From: Flectonema sp. DT1601
Lineage: Eukaryota
DNA: 64,000 nucleotides
Reading direction: 5' to 3'
NCBI GenBank assembly: GCA_964019425.1
Contig: OZ025783.1
Location: forward strand, 1,488,001 to 1,552,000
The notes beneath the pieces were generated by a model, which was not told the DNA's origin, searched no databases, and was given only the letters and a program-made list of their open reading frames with translations. Of the stretch, positions 34,022 to 48,400 are shown piece after piece (position 1 is the stretch's first letter; each line of letters starts with the position of its first letter). The position numbers were made by a program, and so were the translations under genes.

Positions 34022-37000
34022 TTTACTTAGATAAAAGTTAATTAACAGTTTCTTTGTATTAAAAAAAAAAAAAAAAAAAAAGAAAAAAGTCCTTCTTGTA
34101 AGGACACATGACTATCATATCAGTAATTAGAAAAAAGAAATACAAAAAAAAAAAAAAACAGCCACTAACCCCCTTCTAAAAACAAAACAGAGACACGTAT
34201 TTACAGATTCTTTCTTAAGGGATTTTGTTATTTATTTGTGTGATATACTTGTGCCTATCGGAACAGACGATAAGTGTTAAAAAACAGCATTTCATTTATT
34301 ACTTTTTCCTGAGGAAATAATAGAAGAATACATCCTAAAAACCCCTTGTTGTGTATTCCTAGAGGAAAAGTAATGTTTATGTTATTTGCCGCAAACACTT
34401 ATTTTTTTCGTGACCGACATCTTGATCTTAGGAAAAAAACTCTATTCATTCGCTAATGAGGTATGGTAAAAAAAAAAAAAAAAAAAAGAATGTATGGGTC
34501 ACATTGTAGTGCAGACACATTTTGAAGTTTGCGAAAAGAATGGGCTGCTGTCCCCCTTTTTTTTCTTTTTTTTTTCAATACCACAACTCCCTAATGAGAT
34601 GAAAGTGTTAGCAGCACACGTGATCTTTTCGGATTGCAGCTTCGTGCGCTAGTACAGCGAGAATCCGTGTTTCTGACCACGAATTCATTTTTCAGACATT
34701 GGGATTGGTAGATGGTCGATTGTCGTATTTTTCAAACAAAAAACTTGTGATGTTGGTACCAGAACCTGTTGTCCTTTTTTAAATTTCTGTTGACAAAATA
34801 CAAAATGTAGCTGCCATATAGATTTCTAAAAAGGGAAATATAAAAAAGAAACTCTCCTTGCCTTATATAGTTTTCGGGGCCAAGAGTAGTTTTTGTTCCC
34901 TCTCACAAGTTTCTTCCTATTCAAAAAAAAGCAGTTTTCCTTTCGGTTGTAAGGAGAGTTTACTGCTTGAGTCTCTTTGTGTGTAGGAGCGCTCACTTGC
35001 ATGCAAGTCAGAATTAGCTCTCAGTGTGTGAGAGTGTTTTTCTAAATGTGTGTGTTTTTTTTTTTTTTTTTTTTGCTTTCCCTCCCTGAAGCGGTTCTCC
35101 ATTTCACCGAAAAAAAAAAAAATAAAAAAAGGGAGGAAAAAGGGAATAAAAGAACATGTAGATTTATGATGTCAATTAGCAATTAGCTTAGCGCGTTTAT
35201 TAAGCATGTGATGTTGCCCTCACAGACAAGCTTTTTTAACAGCGGCTGGCCATAATCGAATGTCTTTTTTAAAAGCTTTTTTCAGTTTCCTTTTTTTTTT
35301 CTATGTCTTCTCTTGTGTGATATATAAAAATAGTCTTTTCGAAAGAACAAGTTGAATAATGATCGATCTGTCCCTCCCCTTTGACACAGAAGAAGGTACT
35401 TTATAATTTAATGATTATACAGGGTTTGTCAAAGTGGTTTTTTCTTTTTTTTCTCCCCTCCTTGACACGGAATCTGCGCACCGCCTTGTAGGTAACTACG
35501 GCCGCTTGCGTGATTAGAAAATGTAGTCATTTGCCTATTAGTGAAAAATAATAACGAAGGGAAAAAAAATAATAAAAAAATCGAAAATGGTAATCTAGAA
35601 CGGTCTCTCTGTTATGTAGTCAAAGCGCTTCTCGCAATCTCCTAATGGATTCGTGGTCCAATAGACTGTACGAACGGAAAAAAAAAAAAGAAAATTGGCC
35701 AACCTTATTTTTTTTATACCTTTTTTACTCTCCACTTTTGTTTTGCTTTTGTGCAACCGGTACAAAATCCCTGATAAAGGAATATTATGCCATGATTCTC
35801 TTTCTACCGAACAATAGGTTTTTGTAGGTACGAAAAAAAAAAAAAAAAAAAAAAGCTAAATTTTATTTTAATGGGAATTACCGAGACGATCACTGTTCGC
35901 CTCTTTTTTCTGTTGGTGTTTTCTTTACATTTTTATTTGCTTTTCTTTTTTAAAAAAAAAAACAATATAAAGCGTTCATGCACTGAAGCCTATGCTGAGC
36001 TTCTGATGATGGGTTTTTGGTGCTTGGGAGTATTCCCTTTTTTATTCCATTCTGTTTTTTATTAGCACGAGCTTAGATATTAGCTTCACAGAGTTTTCTG
36101 TGAATGGTGAATAGTATTGCGGCTATCCTCGTTTTTATTATGTGCCTTTTTTTTCCCCCAACCCCATTAATTGCTATGCTTTGTGCAAAAAAAAAAAAAA
36201 AAAAAACCAACTGAAAACTAGTACCTGCTGTACCGGCTGTGACTAATATTTTTATGTTATGGAAAATAACGTTAAAAAAATTGCCTAGTTTCGGATTATC
36301 GTAAATGAATTTCGCGCTCGTTTTTATTATCTTTTGTTTTTCCAGTTCATAATTCATTCATACACATTTTTTCTTAATTTTTTTTTTTTTTTTTTTTTTT
36401 CGCGACAATCTCTGCTTTAGCAGAAGTTTTTATTCATTTTTACTTTCTCATTATAAAAAAAAAAAAAAAAAAAAAAAACCCTCGTACTGGCTGAGAGTAT
36501 ATTACGTCATCTGGTGCCTGAATTAATTCATGTCACTTTATCTATGAGAGACAACGACAACATAATAATAAGGAGCAAAAAAACCCCTCCAAAAAAAAAA
36601 AAAAAAAAAAAAAGCATCTTCATCGTGCCGTGGACTATGCGTGGAATTAACGTGACTCTTTTCATTCTTTGTACTATTTCCGTAGAATGAATCCCTATGC
36701 TAGTGAACTCGTAGTGTTGTCGAGATTACGAGCAGAAAATTGTGCTGTAGTGATCCCTTGTTTTTGTGTGGTTAGTCCTGAAAACGGCTCGTTTTTTTTT
36801 TTTTTTTTTTTTATTCCCCTGGGATATTCCCCTTAATTTTTTTTTTTTTTTTTTGTGCTCCAGCTAGACGAGGTTTAAAAAAAAAAAAAAAAATATAAAA
36901 AAAAAAAAAAACCAACAAAAAAAATTAAAAAAAAAACCAAAAAAACCAAAAAATATAATAAAACATCGCCTACAAACGAAGTTCACCTTCTCCCCCTGTT

Positions 37001-38659
37001 CCTTGTACGCAGTGAATGTGTCTGTTTTTCTTCCATGTTAAAAGTTTTGTTGTTATTTGTAACCCGTGTGACAAGGGGCGACACAACTACTGTGTCGTTT
37101 CGTGTAGTGTTCTCTCTTTTTTTTTTTCTTTTTCCCCCCTCCCTTCCCCCTCAAAGAATAATAAACGTTTTCCACTATATAGCTTGATGTACAATAATGT
37201 GTTACGAATATTTGATGAACCGTTTGATAGTAGTAAGCACAGTCCCCTCCTTTCCAATCCCCACATAACGACTGTAATAAGCGACTGACGGACTTTCGGT
37301 GCTCCGTAAGACAACTTTAAGATTACACACATACTAAGCAGAAGGAATATTAAAAAAAAAAAAAAAAAGTGAAGCGATTATTGTCCTATGTCATATATAC
37401 AAGGTGTTCAGTTACGGTAGTCGTCTCCCTTTTTCCCTGCATCCGATTAAGAAAAAAAAAAAAAAAAAAAAAACACTGATATTTTCACCCATTTATTACA
37501 ATGAATATTTTTATTTGCCAAATTAGTTGAGAATATTATTGTTGTTATCTTTCCTTTGAAAGGGTTTTTTTTTTTTTTTTTTTTTCCCTTCTTTTTTTCT
37601 TTCAAAGGTTTGATTATGTTTCAGAGATCATCTCCGAATAATCGCAAATTTTGTTTTATTCGTTCTGATACAACTGTTAATGCGGCTGAGAACTCTTTCA
37701 GTCTTGAATTTGTTGTTTTTCGACTCTCGCCCCCCTACCTTTTTCCCGTAGTTTTTTTCTGATATTACTGATTACATTTTTATTTTATTTAAATTATTAA
37801 TTTCTTTTATTTTTTCCAAATTATTCTGCAGTACGTACTTTCCTTTTTTTTTTTGCTTCGTTTTTGAAGCTACCTGGTGGCTTTGTTTCCCAAAAAAACC
37901 AGCCCCTGTTCTTAAAACATATAACCTAACAAGTTCGAAGTAGTTGGTGTGTGGTTGATAAAGAGCCTTAGTAACCAACTTCTTCGATATATGCTTGCTT
38001 AGAATTGATTAGGGTGTATTCCATGTTGCGTTGATCAGAGATCACATGGCATTATTCTACATCCCACTCTATCTACATAGGGGGAGAAATGTACCTCTCA
38101 GTTGTGGTTTCCACCATACCCCAAATTAGTAGTCACCACTGATTGCGCTTTTGCGATGGATCAGCGATAAGCCCCCCTTTTATTATGTCAGTACAGGTTT
38201 TGCTTGTGGGAAAGGAAAAAAAAAAAAAAAAAAAAAAACTGCGTGGCAAAAACCTTTGTTTTTTTTATTTTTGTTTTTCTTTTCGAGTTCCCCTTTTTTC
38301 CCTAAAAAAAATTTGGTTACATTACTATGCGCGCCGTTTTTGATTTTTTTTTTCTCTCTTTTTTTTTTTTTTTTTTTTTCTTTTTCATTTCAGTAGGGGA
38401 GTTACAGAGTGCTATTAAGTAGCACTGTGAAACGTCTCTTGTCTTGCGGTCACGCTTGTGCCAAAACAAAGCATGGCCAGCAAGCTCCATTTCTTTTATG
38501 ACATGAATGAATACTGTTTTGTGTTTTATCCTTGATAAGATGGATGTGGAAAACAGGAGGCAAAATAAGAAAAGATGGAAGAATTATTTTTTAGTTTTTT
38601 TTGTGAAGTATTTTCCTTGTCATACTGACTGTCTTTACTCATTTATTTCAGCTTTGCGC

Positions 38660-38690
<31 letters not shown>

Positions 38691-41600
38691 TAATTTGTTT
38701 TTGTTTTTTTTTTCCCTTCAAAAAGTTTCCCCCTTCAGATTTTTCTGTATGATCTTTCCGGTTATATTTTTTTATTTATTTTTTTTTTTTTGACCTCGAT
38801 CGGGAGGGGAAAATGAAAAAAAAATATATAAAGAAACCGAAAATTAAAAAAAACAAAACAAAAAAATCAACAACGAATACCGCCTTGCTTACTATGATTG
38901 CCGTGTTCTTCCTTGAGGGAAAACTAATTAATTGCTGGGTAGTTGATTAGTTAGTCAGAGAAAAAGTAAACAGCTTCTTAATATTTGCAACTGCCAACAT
39001 TTATTTGGTGTATTGAAGAAAAAAAAAAACTCCGGACGCGGAAATCTGCGATCCCTTTCCCAATATTTTTTTTTTATGAGCCCCATGTTTGTTTATATTT
39101 TTTTTTTTAAAATCAACCCATGTAAATGAAGTTTTTTGCTTCTGCAATTGGCAAGAAAAAAAAAAAAAAGTTGTAAACGTGTTCTGTGTTTGAAGGCATA
39201 CAAATTTAAAAAAGAATAACTTATTCGAACGTAGCAATTACAAGACTTGAGTTCCCTTAAATTTAAAAAAAAAAAAAAAAAAAAAAGATGATTGACAACA
39301 TGACCTGAGTTGGGATTTTACTTGGCTTTGGTTACCTACTCAACATCATCACATTCCAATAAAAAATAAACAAAAAAAAAAATTGCAACGAAGCAAAAAT
39401 AAAATACTTTAAGCCCACAAAGAAAGGGAACCAAAAAAAAATAAAAAAATAAATAATAATAGTGATGAGAGTATGCTGGCGAATAAACGCGAGACTTTGA
39501 TGTTTCTGAGTTTTTTTTTTCCTTCTTCTTTTCAGTGAAACTAAGTGAACCATGTGTGTTATAAAAAGTAATATTCTAACGAGCTTAAATCTCTTTAGTA
39601 GTATATTTTCCCCCGTCCTGATTTTCTTCCCCCCTTTTTTATTTTCTTTTGTGCTACACGGCCCGATTGCGCAGTATTTTTGTTAGTTAAAAGTGCGACA
39701 GTATATATGACTTCTTTTTATGATTTCTTTTCGAGAATCTCTCAAGGATTTTCTTTAACCGTGCTTCTCATGATGCAGACGAATACTTTGATACCGCTGA
39801 CTGACAACAGTCGTCGGAAGTGTATTATGTCTTTTCTTTATGGGCTTTGATTATAAATCAGGAGCGTATCTCTCTCTCTTATTCAATTCCATAAAAGAGG
39901 AATAAATCTTTTGAAACACGGTTATTCTTTGTTTTTTTCTCATTATCTTTTTTTTTTTAAAAAATATTTTTACGTTTTTTGCAATTTTACATTTTTTTTT
40001 TCTCTTCCACAGCTTCAACTTACTCTTTTCTATAAATATAACAAAAGGTTGCGTGTGGGTTTTTTTTTTTTTTTTTTCATTCTCGTTTCTCCGTTCCTGA
40101 ATAACGAGAGTACACTTACGTAGCGTGCCTTCTGGTTTTCAAAAAAATATTATCCGGCTGTTCTGTGAACTGCGTAGCTCAAAACGACTTGCCGACTTTT
40201 GTCTTCGTTTGTCTACGGATGCCGCCACGAAGTTAAAAACGGTCGCGCTGGTTGAATGCTTGGCTTGCAGTACTTCCCTTCGCGTGCTGTCGGCTATTTT
40301 TTTTTTTTGTTTTAAGGCACGGCTTGTTCGCATGTGTTTGATATGGTTGGATAGAACAAAAAAGAAAATAAAGTCCATTTTTTTTTAAATCTTTTTATAC
40401 TTTCTCAAGATGACCTTTAATTTTGTTATGCATTATTGGAGAAGGAAAATTCAAAGCAGTCTTCCCCCCCGTCCTTTTTTTCATGTAGTGGTCTGGTGCG
40501 TCGCTAGGTCATTAGGAAAAGAGGAAAAAAGAAAAAAAGGAAAGGAAAGTAACGTTCCTTCTGGTTCGTTCGTTATTGACTTTCATTCTTTCCTAACTCA
40601 ACGATAGTTCTACTTTTAGTCATTTCTTGAAAATACATTGATCGTTTTTTACACGTTTATATATCTCTTCTTCTTCTTTTTAATATAAAATTGTGCCACG
40701 TGTGGGTTATTAAAAAAAACCCACTTAGACAAACCCAGGAAATGGGTTGTGAGGAGGAAAAATCTATTACAATACACGATGAGCAAGGCTCTCCTTGGCA
40801 AAGGCGGTTACCTTGTACAAGTAAGCTATAGATAAAGGAAAGGATACTACTGTATTGATATTCACAAGTGCTCAGTTTATTTCAAGTTATTTTCATCTAT
40901 TTCCCTTTTTTAACGCTTGAATTTGCTTCAAGCGATCACACATTTTCTTTAAACGTTACTCGGCGTCTTCTCTCTTGTAGCCCAACGTTCGTACTGCTGT
41001 CAAATAAACCTCGTGTATTTGTTCAAATTGAAAAAAAAAAAAAAAACAAAACAAAACAAAAAAAAAAACTTTTAAAAAACTAAAAATTTAAAAAAAAAAA
41101 AAAAATAATAATTTAAAAAATTACTCAGGCTATGTGCTTTTTACCACCCTTCCACCGCAATTCACAAAAAAACTGCAAGTCCCCATAAGTCAGCTGTTTG
41201 CTTTCTGTAGGGGTTGCATATGTTGTGTTTTGCTTTCCACTAAAGCAGTATTAGTGCTTTCGTTTCCCCTGTTTTTAATTTCTTTCCCAACGTTCCTAAA
41301 CCCCCGTGTCTTGTGCTATTCTGATTGGTATTTATATATCTTTGATGTGTTCTTATTTGTTTTTAAAACTAATTTTTTTTTCTGCTTTCGTGTTATATGT
41401 CGTTTAAAGTTTCAACAAGGAAATTAGATGAAACAATCCTTAGACTCGGAGTATTATTTCACTAGGTTTGATAATTCATTGTATGTACAAGTGAGTTGGG
41501 TAAGGAAAATATGAGAAAATCTTAATGATTTGTTGTAAATGTGTAGTCATGTGACCTCGTTCTTTTTGGGTACCAGAAGTGGTTTTACGGTATCTGATTT

Positions 41601-42446
41601 TTTATTTCTTTTTCATGTACATTTTTTTTTCTTCTTTTTTCCTTCTTTTTTTTTTTTTTTTTTTTGATGCAATGTTTTTTTTTGAAAGAAATTGAAAGAA
41701 AAAAGTTCAACTGCTTCTTACAAAGTGTTTTTTTTCATCTTCCTTCCCTCTCCGCTTTTTTTTTTTTTTTTTTCTTTCCTCCCTCTTTGTCACTCGTCGC
41801 AGAAAAAAAAAAGAGAAACAAAGAAAATTTGGATAAGCTTGTTTCCCCTAATAATATCGGGAAAATATTACTATCTCACCTTCAATAATTTCGCAAGAAT
41901 CGCCTGCGACTGAGAACCAAGCTCAACATGCCACACAATAGTAACAGCGTTCTTTTCTCAAGTGTAAAAGATTACTGAGAACTTTAGAAAAATGACGAAA
42001 GAAAGATGAGAAACCAATAAGGGAAAAGGGAATGTAAAAAAAGATTATTATCAAAAACACAATTATAAATATTCAAAAACGAGATTTTAGAAAATTGAGC
42101 AGCACTCGAAAAGTTAAAAGAGGTTAACTAACTTTTTCATTTTGCGGTAGATCTGTACATTCCCCTCCCTGGTGTCCATGAAACGATAGGAAGAACAAAA
42201 AGGAAAAAAAAAAACTTGCATCAGGCTAACGTTTTTACACATTAACTTCCCTCTCAAATCTTCCCTACCCTTCTCGACTTTTGCCCTTTGGCTTTAGAAC
42301 TCTTTGCTAGCTATTACATAGTATCTTGCACCCATTCAGGAAATAATAATAAAATTACATTATAGAAAGCAAAGACCTGTATACTATCTTACGTCTTGTT
42401 CTTGGTTTACTTATTTCCTTATATTACAAGGCTAACAGCACCAATC

Positions 42447-45400
42447 ATGTCGGCATTATTACCGGTGTTGGTTTCCCTGTTAGCTGTTGAAGAAGAAGCG
42501 CATCGCGGCATCGCTCCGCAAGTGCATGTGATGGTAACTCCAACAGTACCTGGTGCTCCACCTATTATTATACCGGGTAATCATCCTCCTGTGTGGTCTC
42601 CGAATACTGAACTAGGATGTAAGAAGGAAGGACCTCCAGGGGGATGGGGAACTGGTGGTCCATCACAGGGAGAGAAGAACTCACACTTATTCCCTCAAGA
42701 GTGCCTTGATATGAATCCTAATCCTCCTGCTTATTGTAGAGGTTGGGGATCAGGAGGATGTCAGCCAAATGATTGTCACATGACTGTTGTTGAAGACAGT
42801 GGTGACCTAGCTCCTCATGGACAGCGATGGGCATGCGAAGTGTCTGATTGTAACGCTGATGGTATGACTGACTTAGCTACTCAAACTCTTGATTGGCATT
42901 TCGACTTAGCAAGAGTGGAGCACCCTCACTATGATACTTGTCATCGGGGTAGAGAGAATCCAACTTGTCCAAATGAACAAGATACTTTTGATTACACTGA
43001 CCCATGTGATAGACTTTACTTCGATACTGCAAATCCACCTGCAGACTGCACTTGTCCAATGATGGGACGAACTGATGATATTGAAACCTCAACTTGGAAC
43101 ACTAACGAGTTCTGGGATGACGATCCTGATGCTTTCTTTAGAGAAGGAGATAAGTGTGACCCTCCCTTAGACGGACCACCAGTATGTCCATTTGGTGGTA
43201 ATCCAGGGATTGGTGGAACAGGAACTATTCAATTTACTACAGCACCTGACAGGTGGGGAACTTTCTATTACAACGTTTGGATGTCTGATGATGGTATAAC
43301 CTTCCCAGTGTGTAATGGGATGTGTGGAGTTCCTATTCCCTGTGCAGGAGGATGCAATGGAGCAGTTGACATAAACGGGATTCCAGCAGCATGTAATGTA
43401 AACCCACCTGGTCAGACTTGTAAAGTATGCAAATTAACAATCCTTCCAGTAAATGATTGTCCTGTCTGGGACTCAATTGGTGATATTGAGGTACTGGAAG
43501 ACCGCACTGATCCAAACTGCGCAGCTGGCAATGGCCCTGCACCACCAATAGGAGACGCTGGAGTAGCTCGACCTTATGGTGTTTGTATTAATAATTGGGC
43601 AACTAATATTGGTGCTGGAGGTTGGTTTGAGTGGCCTTATCAAAATGTTTGGTTTGATTGTTCTACTGATAACACTTTATTATTCAAACCTGGATTCCTT
43701 CCCAGGGTTGATGGAGTCCCAAAGCTAACCAACGATAATTGTGTTAGAAATTGCCGAGGAGACCACTGCAGTTCAAGAAACCTGGTGTTCACTTTAGCAG
43801 ACGATCAATGTGGACATGCGACAGTCTCATGTACACTCCATGATGATGGAGGTGAGAATGATGATGGTTGTGATAAGAGTCCAGTTGTAACTTTTAAAAT
43901 TGATATTAAATGTGTTAATGATGCTCCGACATTCACACCATCTCGTACTGAAATAACGATCGACGAAGATGCCTGTGAGATGTCAAACACAAACGATGAA
44001 CATTGTAGTAACGGTGTCTACTGTCAATCAAACTGGGCAACTGATATATCAGCTGGACCTCCTAATGAGCAATCTGGAGGAGGGTGTGGACCATCAGGAG
44101 GTAGTTGTATGTTCCAACCTCAAACTATTCATTTTGAAGTAACATCAGCCGATCCGACATTTGGAACTTTATTTTCCTCAACACCGACAGTTGATGAACA
44201 GGGTAGACTCTGCATTCCACTTGCACAACATCACAACACTGGAAATGGTTTTATCGATCTCACAGTAAGATTATTCGATACTGGTGGTACTGCTGATGGT
44301 GGTGTCGATCGATCAACACCTGTGAACTTAAGACTACGAGTAACACCAATAAATGACGTACCAACCTTCACAATGAGTGACTCAGTATTGGTATTAGAAG
44401 ACTCTGGAGTATCAAATACTCAACAAATAACAAACATCTGTTTGGGAGGTCTATTCGGTCCAACTTGCGCTGATTTCAATGAACGTCCAGAACCGCAGTC
44501 AGAGCGATTCGAAATTCAAAATGTCTACGACGAGACGTTATTTGCTGTACAGCCTTCTTTTACTCCAACTGGTCAACTTCAATTTACACCTGCTGCTGAC
44601 AGAAGTGGAACTGTTGAACTTGAAGTATCACTATGTGATAATGCTGTTGCACCAGTCAGTGAAGAATGCTCACCTGTAAGAGGCGTTATAATTACAATAA
44701 AGCCAGTCAACGACCCTCCTGTTCTAACTCATGTTGGTAACGTTGCCGTGGCAGAAGATTCTCCGTTATACTCAAATCCGAATTGGGGTACTGTTTTATC
44801 AGTTGGTGTTCCTGTAGATGAGCAGCAGTCTCAGGAGTTGGTGTTGGTATCGGTTGTTGCAGCCGATCCGAGTTTGTTTGAAATACAACCGACGCTATCA
44901 AGAGATGGAACCCTCTCATTTAAACCTGCTGCTGACAGGAGTGGAACAACAGACGTGACGGTAACTATTCGTGATAATGGAGGTACACAAGATGGAGGTC
45001 AAGACACTACTGTTGAAGTGTTTTCGATATCAGTTGGAGCAGTTAACGATCCTCCTATTCTCAGTATTGCTTCTGGTAACTCAGTCGTTACTGATGAAGA
45101 TTCTGGTTTAAGTTCAATTCCGAACTTTGCTTCTTTACTACCAGGACCACCACATGAAGTAGTAGCTGGTCAGACTATCGCAACAACTTCATGTTCCAAT
45201 ACAAATATTAATCTATTTGAGACTACATCACAACCAGAACTATCACTAACTGGAGACCTTACATACACTCCACTACCAAATGCATTTGGTGAGGCTACTG
45301 TTACTTGTACTGCGACAGACTCAGTTGGGTCTTCATCAACTTTACAATTTAACATAATAGTGCAACCGATAAATGATCCTCCCACATTTAATGTCATAGC

Positions 45401-48400
45401 ATCTTCACCAACAATGCGAATACAAATACCAAGATGTAGCTCAACAGAACAAGTGAGGTGTAGCAGAACAACTACAGGTGCTGTTTCTAATGTAGAACCT
45501 GGACCACCAAACGAATCAGATCAGACGGTAAGATTTGAAGGAAGAAGTCTAAGTACTGACACAAATATTGAGAATACATTCTTACAGTATAATCAGGTTG
45601 GTAGAAATGGAGATTTACACTTAACTCTAAGCAGTAATAGTATGTCTGGTAACGTTGATGTTGATGTAGTTCTTACAGCCCTTGATAACGGCAGTCCTCC
45701 AGGTGTTACAACAGAAACAATTTATGTGACTCTTACAGACTCTCCAGATCCTCCGTCAATGTTACAACCAGAAGACGTCTCATCAAGTGAAGATAGGAAT
45801 ATTAACATTGCCAGTTTTGGAAGAGAAATTTCATCGAATACTGCTTCGGCTACGTGTACTGCAGTAGACACGTTGTTAGTACCTAACCTTGTGTTAAATA
45901 TTGAAAATGGTTTGTTGTCAGGTTCAACTGGTACAAACTTATTTGGTACCACATCAGCAACATGCACTCTGACATCAACAGGAGGACTACAACGTGCATA
46001 TCAATTCCAACTAACCATCACACCTGTTAACGATGCTCCTTATTTTAGTGTGTCTGAGTCGGTGATATTTGTTACAGATTCTTCTACTCCACAATCAGTT
46101 ATGTTTATTGATGTTCAAAATCCTTCTGGAATGCTTGGTGGCAACACTGAAAATGATCAAACACTGACATACTATTTCTCTGGACAAAATAACAACAACA
46201 ACAACTTATTTGCTTCTGGTCCAACGTTAGTTGGTGATAGATTACAATTTACGGGATTAGCAGACGTAGTGGGAACTGCTATAATTCAGATAACGATTAG
46301 AGACGATGGAGGTACCCTTGACGGAGGACAAGATGTTGGAAATACTCAAGAAGTAGCTATTGTGTTTGGTCAAACAAACGAACCTCCTTCATTTACGATC
46401 AATGGTGCTCTTGCGTATACTGTTCTTGAAGACTCAGGTACGACTACTATACGTCAGTGGGGAATTCAAATATCTGACGGTGACAACACAGATGGTTCTG
46501 TCACTCAGCAATTAGCTTTTGTTATTCAAACTCTTCCAAGTGTTCTGTTCGATGATATCACTGTGCATCATGTAACTGGGGATTTGGTGTTTACTCCAAA
46601 GCTGAATGCTTTTGGTTCTGAGGTTTTTACCATTGTTCTGTCTGAGGTTAACACTCCACTAGAAAGCAATCCAGTCTTGCTAACAATTAATATCACTCCT
46701 GTCAACGATCCTCCTGTTTTTAATACAGCCACCTCATCGATTATAGGAGACTCACAACTTCAAGTTGGCGACAGTTCTACGTATGTTTATCCTCGATGGG
46801 CTAGAGACTTAGCAGCGGGTCCGCTGAATGAAAATACTCAAACAACCCAATTTGATATTACGGTCCCACCTACTAATGGTTTATTAGAATCTGTTAATAT
46901 TGCAATTCCCGATGGGGATATTACTTTCGTGACTAATTCCGAAGGTAGAACTGGGGTTGCGTCAGTTCAAGTCTGTCTCAAAGACAACGGCGGAGTTGAA
47001 AACAACGGAGATGACACAACCTGTTCTCAAGTTGGTATTACAGTAATAAATTCTATTCAGAATGGGTTCTTAAGAACCAATGACGTCACAGTGATGCAAA
47101 CTGCTGGTGTTGTCCTAGTCAGAGGATTCGTTACCAACAGTATGATAACTATCTTATTAGTAGAAATCACAACAGTATTTTTACACCAGAATACAGAGTT
47201 CTCACAAGATCCACAGATTGCTTCGAGTATCTCTGATGAAATGTTATTTTTAACTCCTCCTTCGATAAACAATAACGTTGACTTGTCATTTACAACAAAT
47301 CGAACCACAGACGGTAGAGCAAATATTAGAGTAACTGCCAGGAATGCACAAGGTAATACTGTGACTGAAAATTTCGTTATAACTATAAATATGGTTCCTT
47401 CTTTACCGACATTCACACCTGGAAACTCACCTATTCTCATATCTGAAGCAGTATCATTGTCTGAAAGTGGTTCTCTCTGGAGTAGTAACATTTCTCATGG
47501 ATTACCTCCTCCGTACATTTCACCAATTAGATTCATAGTCACTCCAACACCAAGTCTTGTAACTGTTAGTAATAGAGGCGTGTTAGAACTTAATACACAA
47601 TTATATAGCAATATCAATAGCTTAGGCAATCTAAATGACCCTACTTATGAACTTCTATACACAGTAACACTACTAAGAGAAAGAGATAATGTTAGAAGTT
47701 CAATGGAATCGCTCAGACTGGTTAATACGAATGCTGGAGGTGTGATGCCAACTTTTGATGTTGTTTCGGGTGATGTAATTATTACTGAAGATGTTGTTTT
47801 TGAGAGGTCTGGTTTTATTTTTAATGTGGTGGGGGGAATTCCATCTTGCAGTGAAGTCTCATCGTCATCATCACAATCAAAAATTGATTCGATCACTCTA
47901 ACACAAGACAACACCAACACTAACAACTACAACATACGAATAGCCACAAACACTAACATGTTTGGAGAAACATCCCTGCGGTGTGAAATGCAAGGAATTC
48001 AAAGCATCATTAAAACAATTATGATAACTCCAGTAAATGACATACCAATCATCGTTGAAGGAGGTAATTCTGTTGATTTATTAGAAGACTCTGTTTCTGT
48101 AACTTTCCCTAATTGGATCAGAGTATCACCTGGTCCCTTCGAAGTCGATAGCTTAACGGCATCGGTTTCGGCTGTTGCGATAAACTCGTTGGATGCAAAC
48201 TCTGTTTTGTTGGTTCAGTCGACGTCACAACCGAATTCAGATTCTAAAACATTCGATCTGTCATTCACTTTGATGAATAATTTAAATGGAATCAATCAGC
48301 TGAGTTATCAAATTACTGATTCAGGGTCACCTCCGTTATCTCTTTTGGGGAATCTGGTTATAACTGTAACAGCTGTAAATGATCCACCAGTGTTCTTGAT

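Noticed and set aside
32664..41913. Many 60-100 aa Phe/Lys-rich ORFs
   Set aside because: Translations of poly-T and poly-A runs.
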